A program made the translations under genes and the position numbers. Below the pieces are notes generated by a model, which was not told the origin of the DNA, did no database searches, and saw only the letters and a list, made by a program, of their open reading frames with translations. A DNA stretch of 32,000 nt from Delftia acidovorans NBRC 14950 (GTDB lineage: Bacteria > Pseudomonadota > Gammaproteobacteria > Burkholderiales > Burkholderiaceae_C), in the NCBI RefSeq assembly GCF_001598795.1, contig NZ_BCZP01000007.1:210001-242000 (forward strand), in the 5' to 3' direction. This document shows, piece by piece, positions 8,070 to 16,970 of this stretch (position 1 is the stretch's first letter; the number at the start of each line of letters is the position of its first letter).

Positions 8070-9275
8070 ATGACACCAGAACAACACACTCCAGCGCTGC
8101 AGCGCCGCAACCTCGGCCTGCTCGTGGCCGCGCAATCGCTGGGGGGCGCGTCGCCGCCCATCATCATTTCGCTGGGCGGCCTGGTCGGCCAGCAGCTGTC
8201 CACCAATCCCACGGCCACCACGCTGCCGGTCAGCATCTACCAGCTGGGCCTGGCGCTGTCCACGCTGCCCGCGGCCTGGCTGATGCAGCGCATGGGGCGA
8301 CGCACGGCCTATGTGCTGGGAGCCATCCTGGGCGTGGTCTCGGGCGTGATCGCGGCCCAGGGCATTGCGCACTCCGATTTCGTGACCTTCTGCATCGGCA
8401 CGGCGCTGGCGGGCTTTTACGCGGCCTGCGTGCAGAGCTACCGCTTTGCCGCCACCGACGCCATGACCGACCCCGCCGAGCAGGCGCGCGCCATCTCGCG
8501 CGTGATGATCGGCGGGCTGATCGCGGCCATCATCGGCCCGCAGGTGGTGATCTGGACGCGCGACGCCCTGCCCATGACGCCGTTCGCAGGCAGCTTCTAC
8601 AGCCAGGCCGTGCTCGCCCTGCTGGCCCTGCCGCTGCTGCTGGGCCTGAAGCTGCCGCCGCCCCAGGCCCGCGCCGTGGCGGGCGAGGCCCGGCCGCTGG
8701 CCGAGATTGCGCGCACGCCCCAGTTCATCGTCGCGGCCTCGGCCGGCGTGGTCAGCTACGGTCTCATGGCCTTTCTCATGACGGCCGCGCCCATGGCCAT
8801 GGTGGGCTGCGGCCACACGGTGGGCGAGGCGGCGCTGGGCATCCAGTGGCATGTGCTGGCCATGTTCGCGCCCAGCTTCTTCACGGGCCGGCTGATCGCG
8901 CGCTTTGGCAAGCGCCGCATCACGGCGCTGGGGCTGGTGATGATCGCCGCCTCGGCCCTGATGGCGTTGATGGGGCTGGAGCTGCTGCACTTCTGGGGCT
9001 CCCTGGTGCTGCTGGGCGTGGGCTGGAACTTCGGCTTCATCGGCGCCACGGCCATGGTGACCGAGTGCTACCGCCCTGCCGAGCGCGCCAAGGTGCAGGC
9101 CCTCAATGACTTCCTGGTCTTCGGCACCGTGGCCGTGGCCTCGTTCGGCTCGGGCCAGCTGCTGCACACGGCCGGCTGGGACGGCATCAACACCTGGCTG
9201 CTGCCCATCGTGGGCGTGGTGCTGCTGATGCTGGCCGTGCAGGGACGGGGTCGCGGCGCGGGCGCGCCGGCCTGA
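8070..9275 (+). CDS. MFS transporter
   Basis: 401 aa and strongly hydrophobic, with a repeated multi-helix pattern (LGLLVAAQSLGGASPPIIISLGGLVG..., ...FGKRRITALGLVMIAASALMAL...). The loop motif MGRRTAYVLGAIL is typical of MFS loop 2-3. Confidence 0.85.
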   Translation: MTPEQHTPALQRRNLGLLVAAQSLGGASPPIIISLGGLVGQQLSTNPTATTLPVSIYQLGLALSTLPAAWLMQRMGRRTAYVLGAILGVVSGVIAAQGIAHSDFVTFCIGTALAGFYAACVQSYRFAATDAMTDPAEQARAISRVMIGGLIAAIIGPQVVIWTRDALPMTPFAGSFYSQAVLALLALPLLLGLKLPPPQARAVAGEARPLAEIARTPQFIVAASAGVVSYGLMAFLMTAAPMAMVGCGHTVGEAALGIQWHVLAMFAPSFFTGRLIARFGKRRITALGLVMIAASALMALMGLELLHFWGSLVLLGVGWNFGFIGATAMVTECYRPAERAKVQALNDFLVFGTVAVASFGSGQLLHTAGWDGINTWLLPIVGVVLLMLAVQGRGRGAGAPA

Positions 9276-9287
9276 AGCCCCGACCGG

Positions 9288-10421
9288 TCAATCGCCAGGG
9301 TCCACGCGGCGGCTTCCCAGCCAGAGCACGGCCACCCAGCCCAGCAGCGCCAGGGCCAGCAGCACGGACAGATGCCATAGCGCCGCCTCCAGCGGCGCGC
9401 CTGCCTGATTCAGGCGCAGCGAGGCCTGGATGGCGGCCGTGCTGGGCGACAGCCAGCGCAGCGCCTGCAGCAGTTGCGGCAGGGCTTCGGCCGGCCAGCT
9501 GAAGCCGCCGACGAAGGCCAGCGGGATGGAGGTGAACAGCACCACCTGCATGGCGCGCTCGCGGTTGGCCAGCCACCAGCCCAGCAGCGCCGCCACGCCC
9601 GCCACGGCCGGGACGAAGACGGCCAGCAGCGCCAGCGCGCCCCAGGGATTGCCGCCACGCGGATAGTCGTGCCAGACGAAGATCCAGCCGAAGTAGTACA
9701 GGCCCGAGAGCCAGCCCAGCGTGCACAGCGCCAACAGCCGCGCCAGCCAGGTGCGTGCCGGCGCCCTGTCCAATCCCTGCTCGCGCCAGGTTCCCACCAG
9801 CAGCGCGCCGCCCATGAGCAGCGTCTGCTGCAGGATGATGATGGCCACGGCGGCGACGACGAAGCTGCCGTAGCCTTCCGTCGGATTGAACAAAGCCTGC
9901 ATCTGCAGGTTGACGGGCGAGCGGCTGGCCTGGGCCTGCAGTGCGCTCTGTCCGCCGGCCGTCAGCCGCCGCAGCTCCACGCCTGCCGATACCGTGCCGA
10001 AGGCTTCGGCAAAGCCGTACTGCACCTGCTTGGCGGCCAGCGGGTAGGCACCGTTGGCATAGACGGGGACCACGGCCTCTTCGCTGCGCACCACGCGGCG
10101 CTTGAGGTCGCGCGGCAGCAGCGCGTAGCCCATGACGCGGCCATCCAGCAGGGCCTGCTGCGCCTGGGCCTCGTCGCCCGTGACCAGGGTCACCTCGATG
10201 CGCGGGCTGGCCTGGGCAAAGCGCAGCATCTGGCGTGCCAGGCCGCTGCCGTCGTGCTGCACCACGGCCACGGGCACGCGCTGCACGACCTCCTGCCCAT
10301 AGAACCAGGGGTAGAAGAAGCCGTAGAGCACGGGCGCGCCCACCAGCAGCATGAGCACGCCCACGTCGCCGAACACGGCACGCAGGGCGCTGATGAAGTC
10401 TTGCGCAAAGCCCCTGGCCAT
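9288..10421 (-). CDS. ABC-2-type transporter permease (one N-terminal TM, large periplasmic domain, C-terminal TM bundle)
   Basis: 377 aa. The N-terminal helix is VGVLMLLVGAPVLYGFFYPWFY. A soluble region of about 150 aa follows, then a hydrophobic C-terminal half. This is the YhhJ/YbhS-like ABC2_membrane architecture. The ATG lies 1 nt after the stop of the preceding permease gene. Confidence 0.8.
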   Translation of the reverse strand: MARGFAQDFISALRAVFGDVGVLMLLVGAPVLYGFFYPWFYGQEVVQRVPVAVVQHDGSGLARQMLRFAQASPRIEVTLVTGDEAQAQQALLDGRVMGYALLPRDLKRRVVRSEEAVVPVYANGAYPLAAKQVQYGFAEAFGTVSAGVELRRLTAGGQSALQAQASRSPVNLQMQALFNPTEGYGSFVVAAVAIIILQQTLLMGGALLVGTWREQGLDRAPARTWLARLLALCTLGWLSGLYYFGWIFVWHDYPRGGNPWGALALLAVFVPAVAGVAALLGWWLANRERAMQVVLFTSIPLAFVGGFSWPAEALPQLLQALRWLSPSTAAIQASLRLNQAGAPLEAALWHLSVLLALALLGWVAVLWLGSRRVDPGD

Positions 10422-10422
10422 C

Positions 10423-11637
10423 TCAACGCCCTCCCCATTTGTCGGGGCGGGAAAGGCCGCGCGCCAGGCCTGCCGTGGCCAGCAGCAGCAACACCAGCGC
10501 GGCCAGCAATAGCCCGGCCACCACGGGCAGGCTCTGCACGATGGGCGCGCCCATCTGCAGCTGCTCTATCTGCAGCCGCGCATAGTGGGTATAGGGCATG
10601 GACAGGGCCCAGGCACGTGCCGAATCGGGCATGGCCAGCAGCGGAAAACCCACGCCGCTGAACGCAAAGGCCGGAGCCGACAGCAGGCCCGCGCCCGACA
10701 GCGCCGTGCGCAGCGACAGCGTGAGCGCCGCCAGCAGCGCCCCGGCCGCCAGGCTCACGGCGATCAGCAGCAGCAGGGCCAGCGCCACCCAGGCCAGGCT
10801 GGCAGCGCCCTGCCCCGGATGCCAGCCCCGCCCGGCCGTGAGCCACAGCATGGCCAGCGTACCACCCAGGCCCAGGCTGGCCCAGGACAGCGCCAGCTTG
10901 CCCGCCAAGGCGCCCGCAATGGCGCTCCAGCCGGGCTTTCCCGGGCCCGCAGCCTCGGCCATCCACTGGCCCAGCGTGCGGTCGCGCAGCTCGCGCCCCA
11001 CGGACCAGGCGCCGGCCGTCATGCCCAGGATGTGCAGCAGCGCGGGAATCAGCGCCGCCGCCAGGAACTGCTCGTAATTGGTGGAGATGTTGAACAGCGA
11101 CACCAGGTTGGTGCGTATGGGCTCCATGCGCACGCGCAGCGCCTGGGCCGGGTCGCCGCGCTTGGCTCGGGCCTGCATTTCCACGCCGGCCGACAGCGTT
11201 CCCACCACCTGGCGCAGGTCGCGCTGGATCAGGCTGGAATGCGTGGCCAGCTGGGCGTTGTGCATGAGCACCACGTCGGCCCCCTGGCCCCGCTTGATGT
11301 CGCGCGCAAAGCCGGGCGGGATCTGCACCACGGCGTAGGCATTCATGGACTGCAGCGCCCATTGCGCCTCCGAGGCATTGAGCGCCTGCGACTGCACGGC
11401 CAGGCCCGGCGTGGCGCCCAGCATGCGCACCAGCTGGCGCGACAGGGCGCTGTGGTCCTGGTCCCAGACGGCGACGGGCAGGCGCTGGACCAGGCCTGCC
11501 GAGAAGATCCAGACCATGAGCAGCAGCGCCAGCAGCGGCACCCAGCTGACCATGGCCAGGTCCCAGGGCCGCCCGCGCAGCAGCCGCCATTCGCGCCGCA
11601 GGCTGGCGGCAAAGGCCGTGGGCGGGTTCGCGCTCAC
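10423..11637 (-). CDS. ABC-2-type transporter permease (paralogue of the downstream gene)
   Basis: 404 aa with the same architecture: WDLAMVSWVPLLALLLMVWIFSAG helix, periplasmic domain, then C-terminal TMs. The start at 11637 is GTG, 13 nt after the HlyD stop. The start codon is uncertain. Confidence 0.8.
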   Translation of the reverse strand: MSANPPTAFAASLRREWRLLRGRPWDLAMVSWVPLLALLLMVWIFSAGLVQRLPVAVWDQDHSALSRQLVRMLGATPGLAVQSQALNASEAQWALQSMNAYAVVQIPPGFARDIKRGQGADVVLMHNAQLATHSSLIQRDLRQVVGTLSAGVEMQARAKRGDPAQALRVRMEPIRTNLVSLFNISTNYEQFLAAALIPALLHILGMTAGAWSVGRELRDRTLGQWMAEAAGPGKPGWSAIAGALAGKLALSWASLGLGGTLAMLWLTAGRGWHPGQGAASLAWVALALLLLIAVSLAAGALLAALTLSLRTALSGAGLLSAPAFAFSGVGFPLLAMPDSARAWALSMPYTHYARLQIEQLQMGAPIVQSLPVVAGLLLAALVLLLLATAGLARGLSRPDKWGGR

Positions 11638-11650
11638 TGCCGCCGGCCGC

Positions 11651-12700
11651 TCAACGGCCGCCTTCCACGACCACGCTCATGCCGGGCCGCGCGCCCGCAA
11701 TGGGCTGCTGCGGCCGCGCGCGGACCTCGAAGGTGCGCGCATCGAAGCCCTGGCCCGCGCGCGTGGCGCGCCAGGTGGCGAAGTCGGGCAGCACACCCAG
11801 GTAGTAGACCTCGAAGCCGGCCTCGCGGTTGTCCAGGCCCGGCAGGCGGCCGGTAAAGCGGCTGCCCTGGGCAAAGCGTGCAAGCTGGTCCTCGCGCACA
11901 TTGAGCACCACCCACTGGTCGGCCAGGTCCACCACGGTGACCACGGCCACGCCCTGAGGAGACAGCTCGCCCTGGCGGGCCAGCACCTGGACCACCTCGC
12001 CGCCCACGGGGCTGCGCAGCTCGGTCTCGGCACGCGCGGCCTCCACCTCGGCCACCACGCCCTGCACCTGGCGTGCCTGGGCCTGGGCAGCGCTGCGATC
12101 CTCCTGGCGCGCGCCCGAAGCCGCCATTTCATACTGCGCACGCGCGGCCAGCGCCTGGTCGCGCGAGGCGCGCCAGTTGGCATCGGCTTCATCGCGCTTC
12201 TGGGCCGCAACCAGTCCCTGGTCGAACAGGCTTTGCACACGGCGCAGCGAGGTCTGGGCCAGGTCGGCGGCGGTCTGGGCGCGCTGCCAGTTCAGGCGCG
12301 CCATCTGCACTTCCTGCGGGCGGGCGCCGGCCTGCGCCTTGTCGGCCTGGGCCTGGGCGGCATCGCGCGCGGCCTCGGCCTGGGCCAGCTTGGCGCGCAC
12401 CTCGGGGCTGTCCATCTCCACCAGCAGATCGCCGGGCTGGATCTTCTGGCCTTCGGTGACCCGCACCTTGGCGATGCGCGCCGTGACCTTGGGCGCGATG
12501 TCGGTCTCGCGTGCCTCCATCTGGCCCTGGAAATACAGGGGGGCGGGCTGCGCCGCCCGCCAAAAGCCCCAGGCCACGAGCAGCAGCACGGCCAGCACGA
12601 TGGCCAGGGCCAGCCAGGGGCGCCTGCGCCCCGGCGGCACGGGCGCGGGGCCGAGTGCTTCGGGGGCGCTGCGGGGATGGTCGGGCGTGGCTGTGCTCAT
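11651..12700 (-). CDS. HlyD-family periplasmic adaptor (membrane fusion) protein
   Basis: This is an internal start of track ORF 11651..13102, beginning MSTATPDHP... It has a TM anchor (PWLALAIVLAVLLLVAWGFW), a lipoyl-like motif (VRVTEGQKIQPGDLLVEMDSPE), a long Ala/Gln coiled coil, and a beta-barrel (SPVGGEVVQVLARQGE). The ATG at 12700 overlaps the upstream stop (ATGA at 12697-12700). Confidence 0.85.
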   Translation of the reverse strand: MSTATPDHPRSAPEALGPAPVPPGRRRPWLALAIVLAVLLLVAWGFWRAAQPAPLYFQGQMEARETDIAPKVTARIAKVRVTEGQKIQPGDLLVEMDSPEVRAKLAQAEAARDAAQAQADKAQAGARPQEVQMARLNWQRAQTAADLAQTSLRRVQSLFDQGLVAAQKRDEADANWRASRDQALAARAQYEMAASGARQEDRSAAQAQARQVQGVVAEVEAARAETELRSPVGGEVVQVLARQGELSPQGVAVVTVVDLADQWVVLNVREDQLARFAQGSRFTGRLPGLDNREAGFEVYYLGVLPDFATWRATRAGQGFDARTFEVRARPQQPIAGARPGMSVVVEGGR

Positions 12701-14166
12701 GGTGCGTCGGGTGGGATCTGTATGTCGGCCTGGGCCATGAATCGGTCGAATTCCTCGCTCTGGCCCGTGCTCTCCAGCAGTGCGGCCAGGGCCTGCACAT
12801 ACTGGTTGGCCAGTTCGGCACGCTGGGTCTGCACCTTGGCGAGATTGAGGCTGGCATCGATCAGGTCCAGCGTGGTGCTGGTGCCTTCCCGCAGGCCGGC
12901 CTCGCGCAGCCGCAGCAGCTCGCGCGCAAGATCCTCCTGGGCCTGCTGGGCCTGGTACTGGCGGCGTGCCTGCTCCACGCCCAGCCAGTTCTTTTCGACC
13001 AGCAGCGCGATGTCGCTGAGCGCCTGGGCTTCGGTCAGCTCGGCCTGCTCGATCTTGCGCTGCGAGGAGGCGGCCAGCGCATCGCGGTCGATGCTGTCCC
13101 ACAGCGTCCAGCGCACGGCCACGCCAGCCACCCAGTTGGGCTTGCCGCTGGTGTTGACCTCGCGCGAACCGAAGGCCAGCAGCTGCGGCCGGCGCAGCGC
13201 CTCCTGGGCATCGTGCAGCGACTCGGCCTGGCGCTTCTTGGCCTGCACCTTGTCCAGACCCGGATGGTGCGACTGGGCCGTGGCGACGAAGCCGTCCAGC
13301 GGCGGCAAGGGCCGGCTGCTGACGAACAGCGGCGTGCTGGGCAGCACCTGTCGCTGCGCCTTGACCGTGCGCGCCAGCGCCGCTGCGGCCAGGCCTGCGT
13401 CGTCGCGCGATTTGCGCGCCTGCTGCTCGGCGTCGGCCAGCGCGGCACGGGCCTGCAGGCGTTCCAGCCGGGAGATCACGCCCGCCTTGAGCATGCTTTG
13501 CGCCGCCGTGTCATGCACGCGCACGCCTTCAAGCGCACGCTCGCGCAGCCGTGCGGCCCGCTCGGCCAGCTGGGCGCCGAAGTAGCGCTGCACCAGCAGC
13601 GAATGCAGGGCGTGGCTGCTGCTGGCGGCATCGGCCAGGGCTTCGTCAGTGGCAGCGTCCAGGCCACTGCGCACCGCATCGGACAGGCCGCCCAGGTACA
13701 GCGGCCAGACCAGGGACAGGCTGGCCGAGGCATTCGTGCTCTTGCGCTGCAAGGCATAGGAGGTGGGCAGTTGCGGCAGCGAGGGAATGGCCGGCCCCAC
13801 CGAGGGCGGCAGCTGGCCGAGGACGCCGTCCAGGGTGCGCCGCGCAGGATCGAGATCGATGTCGGCATTGGCCGAATAGCGGTAGCCCAGGCCCGTGATG
13901 GCCACGGAAGGCCCGCCCAGCCCCTGCGTACCCTGGCGTCTGAGCCGCGCGCTTTCCACGGCCTTGGCCGAGGCGGCCAGTTGGTCGGAGCCCTCCAGCA
14001 ACGCCTGGCGGGCCTGCACGAAGCTCATCGCGGCGGCAGCCTGGGAGGCCGGAGCCTCCCCTGCAGCCTGGGCTGCCCCTGCGACCATGCCCAGCGCCGC
14101 CAGCCACGGCACAAGGCGCGCGGGCCGCGCAAGCAACGGAAAAAACATGGAAGCGCTCAATGGCAT
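12697..14166 (-). CDS. TolC-family outer-membrane efflux protein
   Basis: This is an internal start of track ORF 12697..14301, beginning MPLSASMFFPLLARPARLVPWLAALGMVAGAAQA (Sec signal with no Cys, so not a lipoprotein). Two OEP-like repeats with coiled-coil heptads follow. An alternative ATG lies at 14148. It is the first gene of the four-gene operon. Confidence 0.85.
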   Translation of the reverse strand: MPLSASMFFPLLARPARLVPWLAALGMVAGAAQAAGEAPASQAAAAMSFVQARQALLEGSDQLAASAKAVESARLRRQGTQGLGGPSVAITGLGYRYSANADIDLDPARRTLDGVLGQLPPSVGPAIPSLPQLPTSYALQRKSTNASASLSLVWPLYLGGLSDAVRSGLDAATDEALADAASSSHALHSLLVQRYFGAQLAERAARLRERALEGVRVHDTAAQSMLKAGVISRLERLQARAALADAEQQARKSRDDAGLAAAALARTVKAQRQVLPSTPLFVSSRPLPPLDGFVATAQSHHPGLDKVQAKKRQAESLHDAQEALRRPQLLAFGSREVNTSGKPNWVAGVAVRWTLWDSIDRDALAASSQRKIEQAELTEAQALSDIALLVEKNWLGVEQARRQYQAQQAQEDLARELLRLREAGLREGTSTTLDLIDASLNLAKVQTQRAELANQYVQALAALLESTGQSEEFDRFMAQADIQIPPDAP

Positions 14167-14364
14167 GAAGGGGGGCGCCTTGCGTGGTTCACCGATGGTG
14201 GCGAAGCTTACACGGGCTTGCAGGCGGCCCCCCGTCGGACAAGGTCCTGTGCCTTGTGCCCCCGGCACTGTGCAGCAGGGTCGATTTGCGTGGCGTTCCA
14301 TCCCATTTCTGTGCGCAGGTGCCGCGTCATGCCGCTACACTGGCGCCTGCCTGCGCGAGCATGT

Positions 14365-14395
14365 CCTGGCGGACCTGTCCGCAGGCCTTTTTTTT
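14365..14395 (+). terminator. Intrinsic-terminator-like hairpin plus T8 run in the argA 5' region
   Basis: Read directly: CCTGGCGGAC-CT-GTCCGCAGG (9-bp stem with one bulged G, 14365-14385), then CC and TTTTTTTT (14388-14395). It is oriented for the + strand and lies 37 nt upstream of the argA ATG. A second hairpin, GGCATCG-GCC-CGATGCC, lies at 14402-14418. Confidence 0.4.
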
Positions 14396-14431
14396 CTGCC
14401 CGGCATCGGCCCGATGCCCCGACTGACCACC

Positions 14432-15778
14432 ATGTCCACCGTCTTCAACTTCACCTTCGTCCCCTGGTTCCGGTCCGTGGCTCCCTATATCCACAAGTTC
14501 CGACACCAGACCTTTGTGGTGGGACTGACGGGCGAGGCCATCGCATCGGGCAAGCTCAGCTCCATCGTCCAGGACCTGGCCATGATCCAGGCCATGGGCG
14601 TGAAGATCGTGCTGGTCCATGGCTTCCGTCCCCAGGTCAACGAGCAGCTTGCCGCCAAGGGCCACGAGGCCCAGTACTCGCGCGGCGTGCGCATCACCGA
14701 CTCCGTGGCGCTGGACTGCGCCCAGGAAGCCGCTGGCCAGCTGCGCTACGAGATCGAGGCCGCCTTCAGCCAGGGCCTGCCCAATACGCCCATGGCCGGC
14801 GCGCGGGTGCGCGTGATCTCGGGCAACTTCCTCACGGCGCGGCCCGTGGGCATCGTGGACGGCGTGGATTTCAAGCATTCGGGCCTGGTGCGCAAGGTCG
14901 ATGTGAGCGGCATCCGCAGCGCCCTGGACATGGATGCCATGGTGCTGATGTCGCCCTTCGGCTTCTCGCCCACCGGCGAGGCCTTCAACCTGAGCATGGA
15001 AGAGGTGGCCACGCGGGTGGCCATCGAGCTGAAGGCCGACAAGCTGATCTTCATGACCGAGGTGCCGGGCATCCGCATGGACCCCACGGGCCCGGCCGAC
15101 GAGACCAACCCCATCGACACCGAGCTGCCGCTGGCCACGGCCCGCCGCATGCTGGCCGAGCTGCCCACGCCCGAGCAGCCCACGGACACGGGCTTTTACC
15201 TGCAGCACTGCGTGCATGCCTGCGAGCACGGCGTGGAGCGCAGCCACATCCTGCCCTTCGCCATCGACGGCGCGCTGCTGCTGGAGATCTATGTGCACGA
15301 CGGCATCGGCACCATGATCATCGACGAGAAGCTGGAAGAACTGCGCGAGGCCACGCCCGACGACGTGGCCGGCATCATCCAGCTGATCGAGCCCTTCGAG
15401 AAGGACGGCACCCTGGTCAAGCGCAGCCGCACCGAGATCGAGCGCGACATCGCCCACTACACCATCATCGAACACGATGGCGTGATCTTCGGCTGCGCCG
15501 CGCTCTACCCCTATCCCAGCGCCAGGACCGCCGAGATGGCGGCCGTCACCGTCTCGCCCAAGAGCCAGGGCACGGGCGATGGCGAGAAGCTGCTCAAGCG
15601 CATAGAGCAGCGCGCCAAGGCCCAGGGCCTGGACAGCCTGTTCGTGCTGACCACGCGCACCATGCACTGGTTCATCAAGCGCGGCTTCCAGCCCGTGGAC
15701 CCCGACTGGCTGCCCGAGGCTCGCAAGGCCAAGTACAACTGGGACCGCAAAAGTCAGGTCCTGGTCAAGAAGTTGTAA
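14432..15778 (+). CDS. argA: Amino-acid N-acetyltransferase (N-acetylglutamate synthase)
   Basis: This is an internal start of track ORF 13895..15778, beginning MSTVFNFTFVPWFRSVAPYIHKFRHQTFVVGLTGE... The amino-acid-kinase-like domain contains VKIVLVHGFRPQVNEQL. The C-terminal GNAT domain contains ...IIEHDGVIFGCAALYPY...AEMAAVTVSPKSQGTGDGEKLL. At 448 aa it matches bifunctional-fold ArgA. Confidence 0.92.
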   Translation: MSTVFNFTFVPWFRSVAPYIHKFRHQTFVVGLTGEAIASGKLSSIVQDLAMIQAMGVKIVLVHGFRPQVNEQLAAKGHEAQYSRGVRITDSVALDCAQEAAGQLRYEIEAAFSQGLPNTPMAGARVRVISGNFLTARPVGIVDGVDFKHSGLVRKVDVSGIRSALDMDAMVLMSPFGFSPTGEAFNLSMEEVATRVAIELKADKLIFMTEVPGIRMDPTGPADETNPIDTELPLATARRMLAELPTPEQPTDTGFYLQHCVHACEHGVERSHILPFAIDGALLLEIYVHDGIGTMIIDEKLEELREATPDDVAGIIQLIEPFEKDGTLVKRSRTEIERDIAHYTIIEHDGVIFGCAALYPYPSARTAEMAAVTVSPKSQGTGDGEKLLKRIEQRAKAQGLDSLFVLTTRTMHWFIKRGFQPVDPDWLPEARKAKYNWDRKSQVLVKKL

Positions 15779-15786
15779 CCCCCTGA

Positions 15787-15817
15787 GGCGCTGTGCGCCT
15801 TCCCCCTCACGAGGGGG
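15787..15817. terminator. Two short GC hairpins in the convergent argA/bla spacer (weak terminator candidates)
   Basis: The hairpins are GGCGC-TGT-GCGCC (15787-15799) and CCCCCTC-AC-GAGGGGG (15802-15817), immediately after the argA stop. There is no U-tract, so confidence is low. Confidence 0.25.
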
Positions 15818-15949
15818 GCATACGGGCGGCCGGCGACACCCTCGGTGCGGGGGCGGCGCGGCCGGCCCAGGCCCTTCCTCGGTGTCTCTCGTCTTCAGGC
15901 CACGCCAATTTTCTGAAATCGCCCAAATCAAGCGACATGGTGGCGCAAC

Positions 15950-16861
15950 TTAGCCTTGCACTGCTGCCTGCCAGCGTGCGGCCGCCTTGCCGGCCGCTGC
16001 CAGCGCCGCATCGCGCTGCGGCGCGTCGGCCGGGCATTCGGTGAGGTAGCCGGTCACCAGCAGCGGTGCGCTTTGCGGCGTGGGCCAGGCGATGACGGCA
16101 TCGTTGGCCGTGCCGCGATCGCCGGTGCCCGTCTTTCCACCCACACGCCAGCCGGCCGGCATGCCCGCGCGCAGGCGCTTGTCGCCCGTTCGGCTGGCCA
16201 CCAGCCACTGCTGCAGCAGGGCGCGGCCATGGCCGTCCAGCAGCGATCCCAGCAGCAGGCGTTGCATGCTTTGCACCATGGCCAGCGGCGTGGTGGTGTC
16301 GCGCTCGTCACCGGGCAGGCCTTCGTTGAGCTCGGGCTCCATGCGGTCCAGGCGCGTGGTCTCGTCGCCGCTGGCGCGCAGCCACTGCGTCAGCGCCTGC
16401 GGGCCGCCGCTGGCGTCCAGCAGCAGGTTGGCGGCGGTGTTGTCGCTGAGCACCACGGCGGCCTCGCACAGCTCGGAGATGGTCATGCCGCCGCCATCGC
16501 CGGCACGCGGGCCGCTGGCCGGCGAGTAGGGAACCAGCCGGGAGCTGGCGTAGTGCACGCGGCGCGACAGGCGCTCATCGCCCTGCTGCACGCGGTCCAG
16601 CACCTGGGCGGCCAGCAGCAGCTTGAAGGTGCTGCACATGACAAAGCGCTCGTCGCCGCGGTGGTCCACGCTGGCGCCCGACTCCGCCTCCAGCACGGCC
16701 ACGCCGAGCCGGCCGCCCACACTTTTCTCGATGCGCGCCAGCTCGGTCCTGAAGGCCTGGTCGGCAGCCCCCTGTTTTTTTGATGGCAGGGCGCAGCCCG
16801 CCAGCCCGGCCGCCATCCAGGCGGCCGCGCCGCCCGTCATCAGAAAATCGCGTCTTTGCAT
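15950..16861 (-). CDS. bla: Class A (Ambler) beta-lactamase, predicted Tat-exported lipoprotein (PenA-like)
   Basis: All four class A motifs are present: MCSTFK (S70-x-x-K73), LSDNTAAN (S130-D-N), EPELNE (E166...N170) and GKTGTG (K234-T-G). The N-terminus MQRRDFLMTGGAAAWMAAGLAGCALP combines an RRxFL twin-arginine motif with an LAGC lipobox. Confidence 0.92.
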   Translation of the reverse strand: MQRRDFLMTGGAAAWMAAGLAGCALPSKKQGAADQAFRTELARIEKSVGGRLGVAVLEAESGASVDHRGDERFVMCSTFKLLLAAQVLDRVQQGDERLSRRVHYASSRLVPYSPASGPRAGDGGGMTISELCEAAVVLSDNTAANLLLDASGGPQALTQWLRASGDETTRLDRMEPELNEGLPGDERDTTTPLAMVQSMQRLLLGSLLDGHGRALLQQWLVASRTGDKRLRAGMPAGWRVGGKTGTGDRGTANDAVIAWPTPQSAPLLVTGYLTECPADAPQRDAALAAAGKAAARWQAAVQG

Positions 16862-16970
16862 TGTTTTTCCTTTTCAGTTGCAGATCGACAACCGCAACGA
16901 TAGCGCCGCACCCAATCTGCGACCAGCGTGAATAATTGGCAGCATCCCTTAGAAAAACTATTGGCTCACC

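Noticed and set aside
14361-14426. The 21-codon ORF over the argA leader hairpin as an arginine attenuation leader peptide.
   Set aside because: It has only two Arg codons and they are not clustered. It has no Shine-Dalgarno sequence. I mention it only in the leader finding.
15779-15949. The 170-bp argA/bla convergent spacer as a possible tRNA or small-RNA locus.
   Set aside because: I could not fold a cloverleaf or find conserved tRNA boxes. It contains only short GC hairpins without U-tracts.
15950-16861. The beta-lactamase as a possible class A carbapenemase, because of Cys69 (MCSTFK).
   Set aside because: The partner Cys238 is absent (GKTGTGD has Gly at that position). Cys69 alone also occurs in CTX-M-type enzymes. 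The substrate spectrum cannot be inferred from the sequence.
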